A DNA stretch of 64,000 bases from Acidimicrobiales bacterium. Its GTDB lineage: Bacteria > Actinomycetota > Acidimicrobiia > Acidimicrobiales > MedAcidi-G1. The notes beneath the pieces were generated by a model, which was not told the DNA's origin, made no database searches, and saw only the letters and a program-made list of their open reading frames with translations. Shown here in pieces: positions 56,899 to 64,000 of this stretch (its first letter is position 1; each line of letters begins with the position of its first letter). Where the stretch lies: the NCBI GenBank assembly GCA_022452035.1, contig JAKURV010000005.1:19651-83650 (forward strand), given 5' to 3'. Made by a program: the position numbers and the translations under genes.

Positions 56899-58188
56899 CT
56901 ATCCCAGCCCCTCGATGATTCTGACCAGCACGGTCCCCGCCTCGTCGATTTCCTCCTCGGTGACTGTCATCGGCGGGGCGATGCGCAACACGTTGCCGTA
57001 AAGCCCTCCCTTGCCGATCAGCAGTCCTGCCGCCCGGGCCTCCTCCATGATTCGGCCAGCGGCGTCAGCGTTCGGATCGATGGTCCCTGGCTGGACGGCC
57101 TCGATAGCCAGCATCAGGCCCCGACCCCGCAGCTCGGCAACCGCCGTGGAGGCATCCACGGCAGGTCGTAGGTGGCCGGCCAGGCGTTCGCCCATGCGCA
57201 GCGCGTGGCCCTGGATGTCGTGCTCCAGCATGTACCGGATCGTCGCCAGAGCCCCGATGCTGCTCATGGGGTTCCCACCGAACGTTGAGAGGGAGTTTCC
57301 GGGCAGCGAGTCCATGAGCTCGGCACTGGCCACCACCCCGCCAAGGGAGAGGCCGTTGCCAACTCCCTTGGCGAAGGTCAGGACGTCGGGCGTGATCCCG
57401 TGGGCCTGGTAGCCCCAGAAGTGTTCACCGGTCCGGCCCCAGCCTGTCTGGACCTCGTCGGAGATGAACAGGACGCCCCGATTGTCGAGTTCCTTTTTCA
57501 TGGCGCCGAAGAACCCGTCGGGGGGCGTGGCGAAACCGCCCACACCCTGGATGGGCTCGGCAATCATGGCGGCCACGTCGCCCGACGTCATCATGTCGAA
57601 TACCTGGGTGAGGTCGTCTACGCAGGCTGCCGTATAGGCATCGTCGTCGAGGTCACGGAAGGGGCTGCGTAGCCGGTAGCCGCCGTGTACGTAGTTGACC
57701 GACAGGCCACTGACGCTGGTCGGCGACCACGACCGTTGGGCGGTGATGGCGATGGTGGTGAAAGACCGCCCGTGGTAGCTGTTCCTCAAGGCCAGGATCT
57801 GGTTGGACTTCCGGGCCGTGGTAGCCAGCATCAGGGCGGCGTCGTTGGCTTCGGTACCGGAGGTGGTGAAGAACACCTTGGCGTCGGGGATGCCGGATAG
57901 TCCGGCGATCAGCTCGGCCAGCTCGATCATGCATTCGGACAGGTAGAGGGTGGACGTGTGGAACATCCTGGAGGCCTGATCCTGGACGGCCTTGGTGATC
58001 TCCGGGATGTCGTAGCCGAGGCTCGTGGTGAGGATCCCACCGAAGAAGTCGAGGTAGCGGTTGCCCTCGACGTCGTAGACGTGGCGCCCCTGGCCCCGGT
58101 CGAACGAGATCGGGGGGTCGTAGTAGAGGGCCAGCCAGTTCGGGAGGACGGCGCGGTGTCGTTCCAACAGCTCGGCGTTGGTGGTCAT
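56899..58188 (-). CDS. class III (omega) aminotransferase, candidate beta-alanine/3-aminoisobutyrate aminotransferase
   Basis: FFTTSGTEAND, DEVQTGWGRTG, TFAKGVGNG (PLP Lys). Trimmed from the 685-aa track ORF to ATG 58188 (MTTNAELLERH). Confidence 0.8.
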   Translation of the reverse strand: MTTNAELLERHRAVLPNWLALYYDPPISFDRGQGRHVYDVEGNRYLDFFGGILTTSLGYDIPEITKAVQDQASRMFHTSTLYLSECMIELAELIAGLSGIPDAKVFFTTSGTEANDAALMLATTARKSNQILALRNSYHGRSFTTIAITAQRSWSPTSVSGLSVNYVHGGYRLRSPFRDLDDDAYTAACVDDLTQVFDMMTSGDVAAMIAEPIQGVGGFATPPDGFFGAMKKELDNRGVLFISDEVQTGWGRTGEHFWGYQAHGITPDVLTFAKGVGNGLSLGGVVASAELMDSLPGNSLSTFGGNPMSSIGALATIRYMLEHDIQGHALRMGERLAGHLRPAVDASTAVAELRGRGLMLAIEAVQPGTIDPNADAAGRIMEEARAAGLLIGKGGLYGNVLRIAPPMTVTEEEIDEAGTVLVRIIEGLG

Positions 58189-58232
58189 CGTCGACTCCCG
58201 TGTGGGATTGGTCTCTGGAGGGCGGTCGGCAC

Positions 58233-59072
58233 TCAGGCCTGGGTCAGTGGGTCGTACATGTCGGGACGACGGTCCCGGTAGAAGGCCCACTGGTTGCGGA
58301 CCTCGTCGATTAGGTCCAGGTCGAGGTCGCGCACGATGAGCTCCTCGTCCTGGTCTGAGCAGACGTCGCCTACGAACTGACCGCGGGGGTCCACGAAGTA
58401 CGTCATTCCGTAGAAGTCGTTGTCGCCCAGGTCCTCGGTCCCAACGCGGTTGATAGCACCCACGTAGTACATGTTGGCCGCTGCTGAGGCTGGCTGCTCG
58501 AGTTGCCAGAGGTAGGAAGAAAGGCCCCGGCTGGTGGCCGAAGGGTTGAACACCATCTGGGCACCGTTTAGACCGAGGGCCCGCCAGCCTTCGGGAAAGT
58601 GGCGGTCGTAGCAGATGTAGACACCGACCCGGCCGACCGCGGTGTCGAATACCGGGTACCCGAGGTTGCCGGGCCGGAAGTAGAACTTCTCCCAGAAGCC
58701 CTTGACCTGGGGGATGTGGGTCTTGCGGTACTTGCCGAGGTAGGTGCCGTCCGCGTCGATCACCGCTGCGGTGTTGTAAAGCAGGCCCTCCTGCTCCTTC
58801 TCGTACATCGGCAGAACGAGCACCATGCCGTGCTTCGCCGCCAACTCCTGAAAGCGCCGGGTGGTGGGACCGTCCGGGATGGCCTCGGCATAGTCGTAGA
58901 ACGCGGTGTCCTGGACCTGACAGAAGTAGGGGCCGTAGAAGAGTTCCTGGAAGCACATGACGCGGGCCCCTGCAGCGGCCGCCTCAGCCAGGTACTTCTC
59001 ATGGAGCTCGATCATCGACTCCTTGTCGCCGGTCCAGCTCGTCTGGACCATGGCTGCCCGCACCTCGCTCAT
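58233..59072 (-). CDS. beta-ureidopropionase (CN-hydrolase/nitrilase superfamily, eukaryote-like type)
   Basis: Catalytic triad contexts CFQELF (E), YRKTHIP (K), VYICYDRHFPE (C). Long collinearity with animal UPB1 from memory. ATG 59072 behind GGGAGG. Confidence 0.8.
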   Translation of the reverse strand: MSEVRAAMVQTSWTGDKESMIELHEKYLAEAAAAGARVMCFQELFYGPYFCQVQDTAFYDYAEAIPDGPTTRRFQELAAKHGMVLVLPMYEKEQEGLLYNTAAVIDADGTYLGKYRKTHIPQVKGFWEKFYFRPGNLGYPVFDTAVGRVGVYICYDRHFPEGWRALGLNGAQMVFNPSATSRGLSSYLWQLEQPASAAANMYYVGAINRVGTEDLGDNDFYGMTYFVDPRGQFVGDVCSDQDEELIVRDLDLDLIDEVRNQWAFYRDRRPDMYDPLTQA

Positions 59073-59306
59073 GACCGGCACCTCCCGAGTTCCTGTATTC
59101 CCGATTCGTCGCCCGACCAGGCCTCTGTGGGGCCCCATACTTGGTGATTGCGACGGACAGATGGACAGTAGGTGTTGCCGGATGGCGACACATAATTGCG
59201 TCACCGTCGTCACGGGCCGAGAACGAGAGAGGTGGTGTCGGGGTAGCGGGCAACCCGCCAACGGCCGCCTCGGTCTTCCTACCGGAACGCGTGGGATCCT
59301 GACCGG

Positions 59307-60368
59307 GTGGATACGACCCCGGTGGACGAGACCCTGGACGATGGCGACGGCCTGCTGTTCTGGCCGGCCCTCCAGGCCTGGATCGCCGACCGGGATGTTC
59401 CCGGCGAGGGTCCGGTGGTGTCCAGCCGACAGATGGCCGGTGGCACCCAGAACAACCTGTTCCTGCTGACCCGTGCCGACGGGACCACGATGGTGTTGCG
59501 ACGACCGCCCCGCTACCCGCGACCTAATAGCGACGAGACGATGCTGCGCGAGGCGAGAGTGCTGACCGCCATCGCCGGACGCGGTGTCCCGCAGCCCGTC
59601 TGCCACGCGGCCTGCGACGACCCGTCGGTCATCGGCACCTGCTTCTTCCTGATGTCAGCCGTAGACGGCTTCGCCCCGGTGGGCCCGCTGCCGGGCCGGT
59701 ACGCCACAGACCCCGACTGGCGGCACTGCCTTGGCCTGTCGATGGTCGACGCCATCTCCGCCCTGGCCTTGATTCCTCCGGAGGAAGTGGGGCTGGCCGA
59801 CTTCGGACACCCGGACGGCTGGCTGGAGCGGCAGGTCGGACGGTGGCGGAGCCAGTTGAAGTCCTACGCGGCGTTTGACGGCTATCGCGGCCCGGACCTT
59901 CCCGGGGTGGACCGGGTGGGTACTTGGCTGGACGACCACCGGCCCACCGACTTCCACTGCGGGATCATCCACGGTGACTACCACCTGGCCAACGTGCTCG
60001 CTGCCCACGACCGTCCCGAGCTGGCCGCTGTCCTGGACTGGGAGCTGACGACCCTCGGCGACCCCCGTCTGGACCTGGCGTGGCTCCTGATCACGTCGGG
60101 GGGCGTGGGATCGTTCGAGACAGCAACCGACGGGTTCCCGACCACCGACGAGCTGGTGGTTCGGTACGGCGAGAAGACCGGCCTCCCCCTAGATGACCTG
60201 ACCTGGTGGCAGACCCTGGCGTGCTACAAGCTGGGCATCATCCTGGAGGGTACAAACGCCCGGGCGGCCGCCGGCCGAGCCCCCGTCGAGACGGGACAAG
60301 ACCTCCACCAGAGGGCCGTCCTGCTGTTCGAGCAGGCGGGGTATCTCATAGAGGGTGTGGACCGTTGA
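59307..60368 (+). CDS. phosphotransferase (APH/ACAD10-like kinase fold) family protein
   Basis: GGTQNNLFLL, IIHGDYHLANVL, LDWELTTLGDP. Confidence 0.75.
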   Translation: MDTTPVDETLDDGDGLLFWPALQAWIADRDVPGEGPVVSSRQMAGGTQNNLFLLTRADGTTMVLRRPPRYPRPNSDETMLREARVLTAIAGRGVPQPVCHAACDDPSVIGTCFFLMSAVDGFAPVGPLPGRYATDPDWRHCLGLSMVDAISALALIPPEEVGLADFGHPDGWLERQVGRWRSQLKSYAAFDGYRGPDLPGVDRVGTWLDDHRPTDFHCGIIHGDYHLANVLAAHDRPELAAVLDWELTTLGDPRLDLAWLLITSGGVGSFETATDGFPTTDELVVRYGEKTGLPLDDLTWWQTLACYKLGIILEGTNARAAAGRAPVETGQDLHQRAVLLFEQAGYLIEGVDR

Positions 60369-60466
60369 CTTCACGACCGGCCGGCTTTTTCCGCGGATGT
60401 TCCTGATTCCTTGGGTGAAGAGCGGATCTTGACCACCCCGCTGGACGCCCTTGGTCGGCTCGGCTG

Positions 60467-61327
60467 GTGAGCGGGCATGCTGGGGGGATGAACACCCAGT
60501 CGACCGACCGACCGCTGGAGGGCTGGAGGATCGGGGTGACAGCCGACCGGCGGGTCGACCAGCAAGTCGAGGCGCTGTGGCGCCGGGGAGCCGACGTGGT
60601 GCGCGGTTGCACCATGCGCACGGTTGACCTCTCCGATGATCCGCGGCTGCGGGAGGTGTCGCGGTCACTGGTCAACGAGCCCCCAGACGCCGTGGTGCTC
60701 CAGACCGGGATGGGGCTGAACATGTGGCTGGAGGCCATGGACGGGACCGACGTGGGCGCTGACCTCCGTTCCACGCTCCAGACCACCGAGGTCCTGGCCC
60801 GGGGGCCCAAGGCGGTGAGCGCTGCCCGACGAGCCGACCTCGAAGTCTCCTGGTCGGCCCCCGACGAGCTGTTCTCCCAGATCGTGGACCACGTGGCAAC
60901 CACCGGGGGTCGGCGACGGATAGCCCTTCAGGTAGACGGCACCGACGAGGAGTCGCTCGCCGCTCCCCTGGCCGCCTCGTGTGGCGAGGTTGTGGTCGTG
61001 CCGGTCTACCGCTGGGCCCTGCCCCACGACACGAGACCGGCCGAGGCGTTGGTAGACCTGGTTTGCGACGGTGGGGTCGACGCCGTGACGTTCACCACCC
61101 GGCAGGCCGCCGTGCACCTCGTGGACGTAGCCGAGGCCCAGGGCCGTCGCCGGGACCTGGTCGACGCCCTGGACGGGACACGGGTGGTCCCGGTGTCAGT
61201 GGGGCCAGTTTGCTCGGAGGCCATGCGCACGTTGGGAATGACCGGCGTGGTCGAGCCGGACCGTGCACGGCTAGTAGCCATGTTGGACGCCCTGGCCGAA
61301 GTGGCAACGACCCGGTCGGGATCCTGA
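60467..61327 (+). CDS. uroporphyrinogen-III synthase (HEM4) domain protein
   Basis: Two-lobed pattern (DAVVLQTGMG...RGPKAVSAARR...VPVYRW...VDAVTFTTRQA) recalled from the HemD family. An alternative ATG start is at 60488. Confidence 0.5.
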   Translation: MSGHAGGMNTQSTDRPLEGWRIGVTADRRVDQQVEALWRRGADVVRGCTMRTVDLSDDPRLREVSRSLVNEPPDAVVLQTGMGLNMWLEAMDGTDVGADLRSTLQTTEVLARGPKAVSAARRADLEVSWSAPDELFSQIVDHVATTGGRRRIALQVDGTDEESLAAPLAASCGEVVVVPVYRWALPHDTRPAEALVDLVCDGGVDAVTFTTRQAAVHLVDVAEAQGRRRDLVDALDGTRVVPVSVGPVCSEAMRTLGMTGVVEPDRARLVAMLDALAEVATTRSGS

Positions 61328-61362
61328 GAACCACCAGTCTCGCGGTCAGGTACCGGCTTGGC

Positions 61363-62784
61363 TCAGGTGGCCCAGTGGGCCGGGTCCACGGCGCAAGCGA
61401 ACCCCTCCAATGACCCACCGGCACGACGCCGAGCCGCGTTGGCCCGAGCTACCTCAATAAGTCGCCCGACCGCCTCACCGCCACCGAGGTTCGAGGAGTC
61501 AAACCCAGCCTGCTCGTCAATCTGTCGGACTCGAAACGTTCGGGCCACACCGGGGTCCCAGAACGAGACGTTCATCTCGGTATCGCCCTGGAACGAAGAA
61601 AAGATCAGGTTGGTGGATCCGATTGTCCCCCAGGCGTCGTCCACCACGGCCGTCTTAGCGTGGACGTATATCTCCTCGTATCCCCAGTCCCGCCGGACGC
61701 ATGGCGCCGACAGGCAGAACCCTTCGTAACCACCGAGGGTTGCGAGGACTTCATACCCGGCGTTGATTCCCGGGTGGGACCGGGCGGCCGCCAGCTCGGA
61801 CATCGGGTTCCCCGGCACCGACGCCACCACCAGCACGCCTCGTTCCAGGGCGACCCGAAGTTCCTGCAGCACGACCCGGCTCAGAAAGATCTGGTTCTCG
61901 ATGTACACGTAGTCACGGGCCCCGGCGACAGCCGACAGGTACTGCTCCCGTACCGAGTTCTCGCCGTCAGGTAGGTCGTCGTAGAGGCCGGGCAGAACGC
62001 TGCGCTGGATCTGGGCGGTGGTCGGACCTGCTACGGCTGGCACTGTGTCCGGATCCCGCTCCGTGATGTCTCCGGTTCTGCCATCCGGCCACGATCCATA
62101 GGGCCGTTGGCACTCTGACGCCCCGTTCCACCGCATGGTGAAGTTGTCGTGCACGTCTGCCACGCACGGTCCCCGCAGTCGGCTGTAAACATCGTGGACT
62201 ACGGCGTACCGGTCGCCCCGCCGGTAGCCCAGTGACGGGTCGGCCTCATTGTGGCGACGGTCGGCCATAGAGCCCTTGGTGATGTTGATGCCGCCGACAA
62301 AAGCCACCTCGTCGGGGGTCCCGGCGTCCACCAACCATGCTTTCTGGTGCTGACACTGTCGGCCTGCGGCGTCCCAGCGGGCCTGCCAACGGGTGGACCG
62401 GGTGGCTAGCACCCGGGCCGAGGCCTCATCCCCGGGGAACGTGTCGTCGGCTCCAGTTCGACCACGCCGGTCGTTCCCAACCCAATCACCCTCCGGGTGC
62501 CAGAACAACACTCGCACGTCGACCTCTCGGTCGGCCGCCGTGTCCAGGAGGTCCAGGAACGTGCCCCGACCGCCGGGAAACCTGGCATCCAGTTCCAGGA
62601 AGGCCACGCAGACCCAGACCGAGGTCGTGGCTGCCTCGACGGCTCCGGCGATCTGATCGAAGGCCACCGCTCCGTCGACCAGCGACTCGATCAGGTTTCC
62701 CGACCGCGCCGGGAAGGCCGCCGAGGTGGGCGGCGGGAAGCGGTCCAGTAGGTCTGCTGCAATCAATTCGGGGGAGTCCGGCAC
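61363..62784 (-). CDS. phospholipase D superfamily protein with two HKD motifs
   Basis: HQKAWLVD...GGINI and HAKTAVVDDAWGTIGSTN. No obvious TM segment. Confidence 0.75.
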   Translation of the reverse strand: MPDSPELIAADLLDRFPPPTSAAFPARSGNLIESLVDGAVAFDQIAGAVEAATTSVWVCVAFLELDARFPGGRGTFLDLLDTAADREVDVRVLFWHPEGDWVGNDRRGRTGADDTFPGDEASARVLATRSTRWQARWDAAGRQCQHQKAWLVDAGTPDEVAFVGGINITKGSMADRRHNEADPSLGYRRGDRYAVVHDVYSRLRGPCVADVHDNFTMRWNGASECQRPYGSWPDGRTGDITERDPDTVPAVAGPTTAQIQRSVLPGLYDDLPDGENSVREQYLSAVAGARDYVYIENQIFLSRVVLQELRVALERGVLVVASVPGNPMSELAAARSHPGINAGYEVLATLGGYEGFCLSAPCVRRDWGYEEIYVHAKTAVVDDAWGTIGSTNLIFSSFQGDTEMNVSFWDPGVARTFRVRQIDEQAGFDSSNLGGGEAVGRLIEVARANAARRRAGGSLEGFACAVDPAHWAT

Positions 62785-62843
62785 GGGAGCAACCTAGGAC
62801 AGTGTTAAACGGCGGCCCCCGCTGGGACCCTAGGGTGCGGCCC

Positions 62844-63533
62844 GTGAAGAGTGCCCTGGTCATCGAACACGACGAGTACGGCCCTGCCGGGCAGGTAGGC
62901 GAACGTCTCGTCGAGCGGGGCTACCGACTTGACGTTTTCCGGGTATTGGACGACCCATCCGACCCGGTGTGCACGAAAAGGTACCCGGACGCCACCTCCT
63001 ACGACGCCCTGTTGGTGACCGGTTCACCGTGGTCGGTCACCGACACCGACACCATCGGTTCCTGGATAGGCCAGGAGATCGAGATGGTCCGTACAGCCCA
63101 CGAGGCAGGAGTCGGCGTGCTCGGCATGTGCTTTGGAGGCCAGGTGCTTTCGGCCGCCCTCGGGGGGGAGGTGTCGCGCAGTAACCAGCCGGAGTTCGGA
63201 TGGACCGAGGTCGAAACCGACCTGCCGGATGCCGTAGCCAGCGGACCCTGGTTCCAATGGCACTACGACCGGTTCACAGTCCCTCACGGAGCTACCGAGG
63301 TGGCCCGCAACGCCGTCGGTCCACAGGTCTTCCGGATCGGTCGGAGCGTCGGCACCCAATTCCACCCCGAGATCACGCCCCGGCTGGCCCGGCTGTGGAT
63401 TGGGATGGACCGGGCCGAACTGGAGGCCCACGATGTCGACCCCGACCGTATGGCTGCTGAATCCGAAGGGCGGGCAGCCGACAACCGGGGCGACTCCTAC
63501 GCGTTGGTCGACTGGTTCCTGGACGGCTCCTGA
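62844..63533 (+). CDS. class I glutamine amidotransferase-like protein
   Basis: VLGMCFGGQ (nucleophile elbow) and QFHPE. GTG 62844 chosen; the upstream part of the 398-aa track ORF is R/P-rich and antisense to the PLD gene. Confidence 0.7.
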   Translation: MKSALVIEHDEYGPAGQVGERLVERGYRLDVFRVLDDPSDPVCTKRYPDATSYDALLVTGSPWSVTDTDTIGSWIGQEIEMVRTAHEAGVGVLGMCFGGQVLSAALGGEVSRSNQPEFGWTEVETDLPDAVASGPWFQWHYDRFTVPHGATEVARNAVGPQVFRIGRSVGTQFHPEITPRLARLWIGMDRAELEAHDVDPDRMAAESEGRAADNRGDSYALVDWFLDGS

Positions 63534-63651
63534 CCGACGATCCGACCATCGGGGGGAAGATCCTCCCACCCTCCGGATGCACCGGAGTAAACCGGTCAGC
63601 CGACCCGTCGATAGATTCCCCCTGAGAGACGCCCTCTCCCGGAGGTACTCC

Positions 63652-64000
63652 GTGAGCGAACACCACCTGATGATCATCGGCGCCGACCGGGTCGACGCCC
63701 CCGAGGCCACCGAGGTCCGATCGCCCTACGACGGCCGGGTACTCGGCACGGTACCCACCGGGACCACCAAGCACCTGGACGCCGCTGTCGCTGTTGCCGT
63801 CACCACGCTGGACGCCGGAACACTCCCCACTCACGAGCGGGCGGCCATCCTGGACCGCCTGGCCGAGGCGCTGACCGCCCGTCAGGAGGAGTTCGCCCAG
63901 AGCATCTCTGCTGAGGCTGCCAAGCCCATCAGCACCGCCCGCGTCGAGGCCTCCCGAGCCGTCGACACCGCCCGCTTTTCGGCCGCCGTGTCCCGCACCA
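63652..64000 (+). CDS. aldehyde dehydrogenase family protein, N-terminal fragment (continues beyond window)
   Basis: GTG 63652 behind GGAGG. VSEHHLMIIGADRVDAPEATEVRSPYDGRVLGTVPTG...ERAAILDRLAEAL...EAAKPI is typical of an ALDH N-terminus. Confidence 0.7.
   Translation, partial: MSEHHLMIIGADRVDAPEATEVRSPYDGRVLGTVPTGTTKHLDAAVAVAVTTLDAGTLPTHERAAILDRLAEALTARQEEFAQSISAEAAKPISTARVEASRAVDTARFSAAVSRT

Noticed and set aside
56899-59606. Very long N-terminal extensions in track ORFs 56899..58956, 58233..59606, 62337..63533, 32139..33158, 2723..3745 and 45052..46635.
   Set aside because: The extensions overlap neighbouring genes and are low-complexity R/P-rich. Each has an internal start with an RBS-like purine tract at the point where family homology begins, so the genes were trimmed rather than called as fusions.
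60361-60400. CCGGCCGG followed by CTTTTT after the kinase-like gene, as a possible intrinsic terminator.
   Set aside because: The palindrome has no loop, so it cannot form a hairpin of useful length. The T-run alone is insufficient.

Overview
This is a high-GC bacterial chromosome segment, about two-thirds G+C by eye. The gene content looks actinobacterial: an F420-type luciferase-like oxidoreductase, a DesA-type desaturase, paired FadE-like acyl-CoA dehydrogenases and a P450. I saw no rRNA, tRNA, CRISPR array, transposase or phage genes. I call about 55 protein genes, most in operons with 4-8 nt start/stop overlaps.

The window is dominated by a catabolic island for quaternary and methylated amines and the C1 units they release:
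- 5.4-9.5 kb: a ProV/ProW betaine-type ABC importer whose permease carries a roughly 575-aa polytopic extension.
- 15-21.5 kb: a gamma-butyrobetaine/carnitine to glycine betaine module.
- 26-30 kb: EtfAB plus dimethylglycine/sarcosine dehydrogenase.
- 31.5-38.8 kb: an IclR-controlled, corrinoid-dependent MttB-family (non-pyrrolysine) methyltransferase system with its reductive activase.
- 39-44 kb: Fhs, MetF and a FadH/OYE-like flavoprotein.
- 10.4-14.9 kb: an NAD-type formate dehydrogenase. It is selenocysteine-encoded (in-frame TGA plus a SECIS-like hairpin), and its alpha subunit is split and permuted around a NuoE-NuoF fusion.
- 21.7-25.9 kb: a SerA-DUF1015-PabBC operon sits in the middle of the island.

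The right third (47.5-59 kb) is one long minus-strand gene string for reductive pyrimidine catabolism: beta-ureidopropionase, aminotransferase, dihydropyrimidinase and MmsA. It is fused to an LLM oxidoreductase, a DUF1185 protein, a beta-hydroxyacid dehydrogenase and an NMT1-type ABC importer. No dihydropyrimidine dehydrogenase is present in the window, and GC is visibly lower across the transporter end.

All functional calls come from reading motifs in the supplied translations. No database search was run. Start codons are best guesses from RBS-like purine tracts.
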